Shown: piece by piece, positions 54,512-64,000 of the stretch
Position numbering within the stretch: the first letter of the stretch is position 1
Layout: each line of letters starts with the position of its first letter
NCBI RefSeq assembly: GCF_006345805.1
Contig: NC_042997.1
Span: forward strand, 35,216,001 to 35,280,000
Length of the DNA: 64,000 nt
Source of the DNA: Octopus sinensis
Taxonomy: Eukaryota
Direction: 5' to 3'
Notes under the pieces: generated by a model
What the model saw: the letters and a program-made list of their open reading frames with translations, nothing else
Database searches by the model: none
Told to the model about the DNA's origin: nothing
Made by a program: the position numbers and the translations under genes

Positions 54512-55707
54512 GAAATACACAGAGAAAAGGAATGCTCTAATAAGCACAGCGTACAGACCTTAAACTAAAACGGCTTACAAGTTGAGATTTATTTCTATGG
54601 TTTCATTGATCTCCTATAACTCTTTAATTGTTTAAATTACAGTGCCTCAAAATAATTATATCGCAAAATAATTTTATATTTAACAGTGTTAGAATTTAAG
54701 ATGAAAAATAACTGTGACACTAATATATTTGAATGTTTTAATAAAAAGGAAATGTTGTCATGTTGCAAAGCAATGAATGATAAGTGTATGACTTCTTGAC
54801 TGTAGTTTACCTCTAAAAAAAAATGTTTTTCATAACGTATATACTATGTTTGTTCATGTCTATGTGTGAATATATGAATATTTGTGTTTTTCCAATACAT
54901 ACTTGTAAAAATATTGAAGTTTTTAAATGTATACATTTTATAAGAACAGAATCACAAGATATACATTGTTTAGACAATATATGAATGCTAACAGCCAAGT
55001 ATTTGTATTTTCCTTGCATAAAATATTAAATGGAATACTTTAACTGACTTGTATTTTTTTGGGAAAAGGATGCCGCTATGGTTTCATGAAATACTGTTTA
55101 ATCGCTCACTGCCTTAAGATATAAAACCTACATTCATGTACAAAGCTAATCAATAGAAGAACACAACAATGTTAGTAGATATATTATCAATAATACATAA
55201 AATTACATCTGTCCTTGTTACAGATAAAACATCATATGATAAGATAAAAATATCAAAGTAAACTTAATATTTATTTTACTTCTCCGAATACTTTATTTGG
55301 ATCGGAAAATTTGAGTTGATGAAAGCTATATAAATGTTACTGACAGATCTAGTAACATGTAGTGGGATGTATATATAAAACACAAGTTAAATATGATGCT
55401 AAATAATTTAATAGATATTTAAAGTATGCTAGCTATATTTATCAACGTTTTACCGTTATATACCCCCCAAAAATTGAGGTAATAGAAATACACTGAAGAT
55501 TATACCAGCTGTTATGATAGCGGTAGTACATTTAGTACAGTCCGTGTACATTTTAAATTCAGAGTAGATTATAGACAATGGACTTATTTGTATTTGCTGA
55601 ATATTGTCAAACTTTCATAGCTTATATCTTTCTCGTGTATTTGAACATGCGCAAAAGTACTTATAGAACATCTCCCTATTTCCTATATACACATACACAC
55701 ACACACG

Positions 55708-55741
<34 letters not shown>

Positions 55742-55776
55742 CATACGTATATACACACATACATATGCATATATGT

Positions 55777-56160
55777 AGGCGCAGCCATAGTTGTGTGATA
55801 AGTATCTTGCTTACCATCCACCTGGTTCCGGGTTCACACCCACAGCGTGGCACTTTGGGAAAGTTTCTTCTACTATGACATCAGACCAACCAAACCTTTG
55901 TGAGTGGATTTGGTAGACGGAAACTGAATGAATCCCGATGCATATAATACATGTATATGTCTGTTTTCATCTCCCCACCATCGCTTGACAACAAATGCTG
56001 GTGCGTTTACGTCCCAGTAATTTAGCAGTTCGGCAAAAGAGACGCATATGATAAGAACTAGGCTTACAAAGAATAAGTCCTGGGATCGATTTGTTCGACT
56101 AAGTGCGGTGCTCCAGCATGGCCGCAGTCAAATGACTGAAACAAATAAAATAATAAAAGA
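55777..56160 (+). mobile_element. SINE family A, full length and diverged
   Basis: Colinear with 3251-3670. Confidence 0.88.
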
Positions 56161-56198
56161 ATTTATTATTATTCTCTCTCTGTTTATTTATTTGTATT

Positions 56199-56237
56199 CC
56201 TTTTTGCTAAAAAGCGTAGGCTCGAAACGTAAAAGAC
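56199..56237 (+). ncRNA. Decayed minimal type I hammerhead motif within a short repeat-like block (about 56170-56325)
   Basis: CTTT-TTGCTAA-A-AAGC-GTAG-GCTC-GAAACGT-A-AAAG: stem I CTTT/AAAG and palindromic ACGT. The core differs from CTGNTGA at two positions. Confidence 0.4.
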
Positions 56238-57273
56238 TTTCTCAGCTTCCCGAGCGTCAAACTAATACACCTGCTTGTTGTTTGGACACCTGTCTTCGTC
56301 TCTTGTTTTTCTGTAAATTTCAACTATGTGTGTATGTATGTATGAATGTATGTATGTATGTATGTATGTATGTATGTATGAATGTATGTATGTACGTATG
56401 CATGTATATATGTATATATATGAATCTATATGTATACACATATACATACATAAATATACGTGCCCACTTATATATATATATATATATATTATATGGTGGC
56501 GGTCCTTCGTGTGCAGAGATCATGAAGAAGAAAGAGAACGCCTATATGTGGAGTTGAGTAACCACTTCCAGTGCCAATATTATCTTTCGTTTTCATCACT
56601 TTTCTGTCATTGTAGGGAAGGCTCTTGAATCGTATATGAGCAAAGATAATATCAAATAAATTCGTTAAGTACTAAATCTTGCGTTGCTTTCATGCCTGTA
56701 CTATCATAATAAAGCATATGATATGTGTATACATAAACAAGGTCAGCGTATCTCAGTGATGGGTTTTCAGTGTTCATAGATAAATATTTTTAAAAGGAAT
56801 AAAAGAAAGCAAAATTCATGCGACTATCTGTTAGAATATGGCGAATGTATTACGTAGGAAACAAAACAACTATTTTATCCTGATGATTGTTGGGAATTTA
56901 TCAAGAAATATAGGTGACATTTGTAAGAATTCAGCAATTATATTATGTTATTGAAACTTCTTGAATATTCGATGGGATTTTATAGTTCTCTGCGAGATAC
57001 GAGTCATACATTCTGCAACTTTTGGTACATGTGGTGTCAGGTTCATTATTTTAGAGTGAATCAAGATTAGGGCATTATCCTCTTCGAAATTCAGATAAAT
57101 TTCGATTGTCACTAGTAAGACATCCTTGCTGAATACATGTATTAGGTCTTTATATTTTAAAATAAGATAGTATTGTTGTAACAGTTAATTATTTCCTTGT
57201 GATAAGACAAACATATATACATATATAGATACATACATATATGCATATATATACATACATACATATATATATA

Positions 57274-57316
<43 letters not shown>

Positions 57317-57354
57317 TATATAATATATATATATATATTATACATATATATATA

Positions 57355-57494
<140 letters not shown>

Positions 57495-57506
57495 AAAGTA
57501 TATATG

Positions 57507-57842
57507 CAGGTATTGCACAAAATTATGGAAACACCAAACATCATAGCATCATCATTTTGAAATATCTATAAAACATTCAAAAGCTTGTTTATTTTTATGT
57601 TTTTTGATTTATTATTAGTGTTGCTTAATATGTTTTGCGAAAATTGATGTTTCTATTCAGATAACATTAGAAAAAATTAACTAAAATTCAATAAAACCGC
57701 AGATCTACCGGACTTTCCAAGAGGTCAAATTCTTGGTGCTGTTATGGCTGGCGTTAGTGTAACGAAAACAGCTCAAAATGTTTGGTGTATCAAGAAGTAC
57801 TGTCTCGAAAGTAATTACAGTCTTTGAGAGAGAGAGAGACAC

Positions 57843-57905
<63 letters not shown>

Positions 57906-58590
57906 ACAGAGAGAGTGAGAGCGAGAGGGAGAGACAGAGACAGAGAGAGGGAGAGAGGGTAAAACTCTGGAAGAAAACCCGAACTTTCAGATTGAGACCG
58001 TCGGAGTCTTACGCGAATTGTTAGAAAAGAAAACAAAAGTACCGCTCCCAAAATTACTGCAGAGCTTAATGATCACCCCGAGAACCCAGTTTCCACAAAA
58101 ACTAGTCGCCGAGATCTACACAAAGCCGTATTTCACGGGAAGGCTGCTATCAGAAAAACCACTACATTCAAAAACAAACGTTACAAAGCGTTTATATTGG
58201 AGTAAAAATCTACAGAATCGGTTCCTAGAGCAGTGCAAAAATTATATTTCCTCGGACAATTCATCCTTTACCGGACGAGTATACGTGTGGAGATGGCCAA
58301 AAGATGCATTTGACCCAGACTGCCTTCTTCCAACTGTTAAACATGGAAGAGGATCTGTGATGATCTGGGGGGCGTATAGCTTGGGGATCCGTCGCCCCAA
58401 CGGTTCCCTTCATGACAGAATTCATAGTCAAGACTATTTAAGCATTTTATCAGATCAAGTTCATCCTATGGTTGCGGAACTGATTATGGAGGGAAACACA
58501 GTCTGTCCGAATGATAATGCACCGATTTACACAGCTAAATTTGTTACTAATGCCACGCGGAACATTCTAGTGAATTTTATCCAACCCCTG
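57507..58590 (+). mobile_element. Tc1-like transposon remnant interrupted by a (GA)n expansion
   Basis: HTH region RGQILGA..AG.SVTKTA..FGVSRSTVSKV, then PTVKHGRGSVMIWG and DNAPIYTA. Imperfect TIRs CAGGTATTGCACAAAAT / ATTTTATCCAACCCCTG with TA-rich flanks; C-terminus deleted. Confidence 0.9.
57826..57958 (+). repeat. (GA)n microsatellite inside the Tc1 ORF
   Basis: Direct observation. Confidence 0.95.
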
Positions 58591-58595
58591 TATAT

Positions 58596-58685
<90 letters not shown>

Positions 58686-58825
58686 GCATACAAAAACACA
58701 CACACATGTATATATATATAATATATAATAATAGTAGGGTATAGTATATTTAAGTTTTTTCCATATGGTGTAGATAATGTATTTCACTATTGAATTACTT
58801 AATAAAGGTTATTCTCTTAATTATA

Positions 58826-58923
<98 letters not shown>

Positions 58924-60630
58924 TTTTATTCTCTTGCTGCAGATATTTGATTGCAGCCGTAAATGTGTACGTATGTAATATTCCTCAGCATTATGGAATA
59001 TACATATATCAAGGGAACTGGCCATTATTAAGGTGCTGCAGCAAAGCAGTTCAGTTTCTTGGGTATTGATGTATGTGACATTAATTTTGAGTTTTAATTA
59101 CAGATTTAAATATAAATAATGTATACAATTTAGGAAATGAGATTTTAATTACAAGCTTATGTAAAGTGAGAAATATTGTGCGTGCAAATTAATAGAAACA
59201 TGAAAGAAATAAAATAATTTATCATGTCAATTAGATCGTGAAAGAGAAAAGATTATATAGAATAACCTTTCACAACGTATTGGTATCAATAATATTATTA
59301 TATTCTTACTGTCTCTGTATTATATTCATGCTGAGTTTTGATAATCAAATGACAATAGCAGGCACGTTGTGGTCAAAACTAAATGTAGACGTATCGAAAT
59401 TGCCATAATGCATGAATAGTACGATAATATAAGTCTATATGTGATTATATGCACATGTACACGTGCATAGATGCACCTACGCACTCGCGCACAGGCAATG
59501 CACATGCACACACACACACTCACTCAAACACACATACATACCTATACATGCACACACACACACACTCACACACACTCACTCATACACACACACATATATA
59601 TATATGTGTGTATGTATAGTCATGTGTACATATGTTTGTATATATGCTGCAAAACAATGCGTTTCAAGTATGTACGGTGTGTCGAAAGGAAGATCATACA
59701 TACGTATGACAATTATAAAAATTAGAATAAAAGAATGGCCAAAGATTACCTTGTGATTGCTTTAAATAATGTTGAGCTACGAAAAGGCAATAAAATTGCT
59801 GGCAAAATGCAAAGGAAAACCATGTAGAAGACAACATATAAAAATTATGTGTGTGTGAGCCTGTCTGTCTGCATCTATCTTACTTTACCTCTCTCTTTCA
59901 GTATATATAAATAGCTGTAATATGTTGAACCGAACATAGTAGGTATTTTCTAACCTCCCAGTGATTCAATGCTGAAGCTGACAGCAGGATTTGACATCAC
60001 TCATTAGTCACTGAAAATAATTACTGCTTCACATCTTACCATTTGTGCAATTCTTGAGACCTGATCATATTATTACAACAAATTGTATTAAAATGATTGT
60101 CAAAATTTTCAAATGTTAAAAGAAGAGCAGTAATCTTTGGGACTGTGGGCTAGTTACGTATTTTTATATCTATAATTTAAGTATATTTACGAAATTACTT
60201 TTAATTACATCTAGACAAAATTTCATACTATATATTTGAAGGAATTGATAAAATTCGGAGACTAGTTATCACGAAATCGTGTTCATGCAACACCTTTCAA
60301 AAAGCAATTCAATTCTATACACGTCTCTCCAGCACAGCTTAGCAAGTGGGCTTTCTATTTAAATTAGTAACACTATATGTATAATGTTTACGTCATCAGA
60401 ATGAGAAATATAAAGAAGTATAAAATATATCGATTTAAATTGAGGAACTAAAGGAAGATAGAGCTATAATTAATAGCATTTGATATATTAGGTGAAGATC
60501 AGCCATTGACATTTTCCATCTAAAAGCTTCGCAGCCCAATATTTCGAACAATAATATTTTTTGGCTTTATCCACTTCGAGTCCCACCGTTAAAAACTATT
60601 TACGTAAGTATAAAAGACAATCAGTTACTG

Positions 60631-60631
<1 letters not shown>

Positions 60632-60662
<31 letters not shown>

Positions 60663-60855
60663 TTATTCTATATTAATATACATAATTAGAGGTTAGCTAC
60701 TTCCTACACCACATACCAAATTTAGAAGTAGGAGTTAAAAATTACTTTTCTACTGCTGTGAGAATCTCTACGACAGTAACACACTTTTCTACGTAGGCAA
60801 AGAGAAAAACAATGAGTCAACACGACCCCGATTCGTGTATGTATGCAAATATATA

Positions 60856-60893
<38 letters not shown>

Positions 60894-61847
60894 GCATAGA
60901 GTATGCACTCATAAATGTATATATCCACGTATGTCAGAGGGTGTATGTTTCTGCAAATAGACATATGCATGCGTTTTTGATTCTGTGGAAATACGTAAAA
61001 TTGTTCGTACAAAAACATTTGTAAAATGATCAGCATTGAGTGAAAATTACAACATACTTTTTCATCATATTTTAAGCTATGACTCTATTATATATATATA
61101 TATATAGTTTGATTCCATTTCATTGGTATTGCGTGTTTCAAACGTGAAGAGGAGGAGATCTAAACTTTTTTAAAGCCACCTACATCCACACCATGAAGAT
61201 CACTCAGGCTTTCTGGTAGTATGTTGAAGAGCTATGTGCCCTTCAAACCGTACCAGTGCAGTATTTTGTTGTGTATCATGTTGAGATTGGTAGCAGTATG
61301 CAATGGTGACTCTGTGTTGCAAGTGTAATGTTCAAAGCCAAGTTTTGGTACAAAGTTTGGAGAAATTTCGAAATGAATCTCACTGCATACCTTGCTTGAA
61401 TCTAGAAAGTAGACGCTTCACTCTTGCAGTGCCTCCTCTGATCGAACTCCAAAGAGTAACAACGCTAATACATACGTACATAGATGCACACATGAATACA
61501 CACAGGCAAACCGACGCACACGCAGACACACACGCACACACACACTCATACCAATGAAATTTTTCTTTGTCTTTCAAAATTAATGGCGAATCGAACAGCA
61601 TGAATCCTATGGCAAAAGAAATCCAATGCAATTTCCACGAATAAGTTCTTTGTTTATCTGTTGCTTGTTAAATATAACTTCTACGGTGTATATATATATT
61701 TAGGAAAACTTTTGAAAACCAAATATTAAAAAAATATCATAACAAGGTAAGACAAATATAAAATTGAAAGATATATTCTGAACATATTCATGTATTTAAT
61801 AATATAAACACACGCATACACTGACATACGCACTCACACAGACACAG

Positions 61848-61882
<35 letters not shown>

Positions 61883-62146
61883 TATATGTATGCATATGTA
61901 TCTCACTCTCTCTCTCGCGATATATATATATATATATATATAATATATATATATATTATTCTATATTAATATACATAATTAGAGGTTAGCTACTTCCTAC
62001 ACCACATACCAAATTTAGAAGTAGGAGTTAAAAATTACTTTTCTACTGCTGTGAGAATCTCTACGACAGTAACACACTTTTCTACGTAGGCAAAGAGAAA
62101 AACAATGAGTCAACACGGCCCGATTCGTGTATGTATGCAATATATA

Positions 62147-62200
<54 letters not shown>

Positions 62201-63219
62201 GCATAGAGTATGCACTCATAAATGTATATATCCACGTATGTCAGGGGTGTATGTTTCTGCAAATAGACATATGCATGCGTTTTTGATTCTGTGGAAATAC
62301 GTAAAATTGTTCGTACAAAAACATTTGTAAAATGATCAGCATTGAGTGAAAATTACAACATACTTTTTCATCATATTTTAAGCTATGACTCTATTATATA
62401 TATATATATATATATATAGTTTGATTCAATTTCATTGGTATTGCGTGTTTCAAACGTGAAGAGGAGGAGATCTAAACTTTTTTAAAGCCACCTACATCCA
62501 CACCATGAAGATCACTCAGGCTTTCTGGTAGTATGTTGAAGAGCTATGTGCCCTTCAAACCGTACCAGTGCAGTATTTTGTTGTGTATCATGTTGAGATT
62601 GGTAGCAGTATGCAATGGTGACTCTGTGTTGCAAGTGTAATGTTCAAAGCCAAGTTTTGGTACAAAGTTTGGAGAAATTTCGAAATGAATCTCACTGCAT
62701 ACCTTGCTTGAATCTAGAAAGTAGACGCTTCACTCTTGCAGTGCCTCCTCTGATCGAACTCCAAAGAGTAACAACGCTAATACATACGTACATAGATGCA
62801 CACATGAATACACACAGGCAAACCGACGCACACGCAGACACACACGCACACACACACACATACCAATGAAATTTTTCTTTGTCTTTCAAAATTAATGGCG
62901 AATCGAACAGCATGAATCCTATGGCAAAAGAAATCCAATGCAATTTCCACGAATAAGTTCTTTGTTTATCTGTTGCTTGTTAAATATAACTTCTACGGTG
63001 TATATATATATTTAGGAAAACTTTTGAAAACCAAATATTAAAAAAATATCATAACAAGGTAAGACAAATATAAAATTGAAAGATATATTCTGAACATATT
63101 CATGTATTTAATAATATAAACACACGCATACACTGACATACGCACTCACACAGACACAGACACATATGTATTTACATATAGATATATGTATGCATATGTA
63201 TCTCACTCTCTCTCTCGCG

Positions 63220-63240
<21 letters not shown>
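60632..63240. repeat. Tandem duplication of a ~1.3-kb unit
   Basis: Colinear blocks offset by 1312 bp (ORFs at 61303/62615 and 61380/62692). Few substitutions, differing microsatellite lengths, breakpoints in (TA)n. Confidence 0.92.
61150..61330 (-). mobile_element. CR1-like LINE C-terminal fragment (second copy at about 62462-62642)
   Basis: Minus strand translates as G..LFNILPESLSDLHGVDVGGFKKSLDLLL, similar to the CR1/L2 'N.LP...FK..LD' C-terminus. Confidence 0.65.
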
Positions 63241-63255
<15 letters not shown>

Positions 63256-63273
63256 GTATATATATATGTACAT

Positions 63274-63305
<32 letters not shown>

Positions 63306-63754
63306 CATATATATATATATATAATATATATATATATATATGTGTGTGTATATATATATATATATGTGGTGTGTATATATATATACATATATATATATAT
63401 ATTATATATTATATAAGTATATATGTATATACATGTATATATATCTATATATGTATATATATATATACATGTATATATATCTATATATGTATATATATAT
63501 ATGTGTATATAAATATATATATATATCTATATATATATATATACATATATATTATACATATATATATATATATATACTATATATATATATATATTATACA
63601 TATATATATATATATAACATATATATATATATATATATATTACATATATATATAATATATATATACATGTATATATATATACATATATACATATATATAC
63701 ATATATAAATATACATATATATATATTATATATATATTATATATATATATATAC

Positions 63755-63809
<55 letters not shown>

Positions 63810-64000
63810 TATATATATTACACGTGTGAGCGTGCGTTTGTGTGTGTATGTATGCAAGTATGTATGTGTGCATGTTATTATGAAAAAAACAGTCAGTGCT
63901 GGAGTAAACAGTTTTGCTGAATCGCAAATAAAGAGGATTAGAAAACATAGAAAATTGTAAATATATGATTAAATTATGACAGTTGGATTATTATCTGGCA

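Noticed and set aside
58018-58728. 236-aa ORF as a functional transposase
   Set aside because: It is a frameshifted composite that lacks the intact N-terminus and the final catalytic residue region, and it ends in TA repeat.
61380-61470. Possible minus-strand exon ending AAG|GTATGC (duplicated at about 62692-62782)
   Set aside because: The acceptor is weak, no partner exons or recognisable protein were found, and it is adjacent to CR1 debris.

Overview
AT-rich, microsatellite-dense eukaryotic genomic DNA with no intact protein-coding gene that I can support. The SINE repertoire resembles octopus/cephalopod families, which is an inference from recognition rather than a database result. The window is mostly transposon debris: several tRNA-derived SINE families, R4/Dong-, Tx1/L1-, RTE- and CR1-like LINE fragments, mariner and Tc1 remnants, a deleted Helitron, MITE-like elements and two tandem duplications. 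The main observation is a hammerhead-ribozyme (HHR) system. At 5915-7770 a near-identical 473-bp monomer is arrayed in tandem and in head-to-head inversion, and each complete monomer carries a type I HHR with a GUC cleavage site (retrozyme or Penelope-like non-autonomous element, predicted to release a 473-nt RNA that could circularise). At 8092-10010 a tRNA-headed SINE-like element has a tail carrying a minimal HHR and an inverted tail copy. Two further decayed minimal HHRs lie at about 52.05 kb and 56.2 kb. Five degenerate kringle-like segments on the + strand (11.8-27.6 kb) tentatively suggest a dead multi-kringle gene. All structures were read by eye; no folding or homology search was run.
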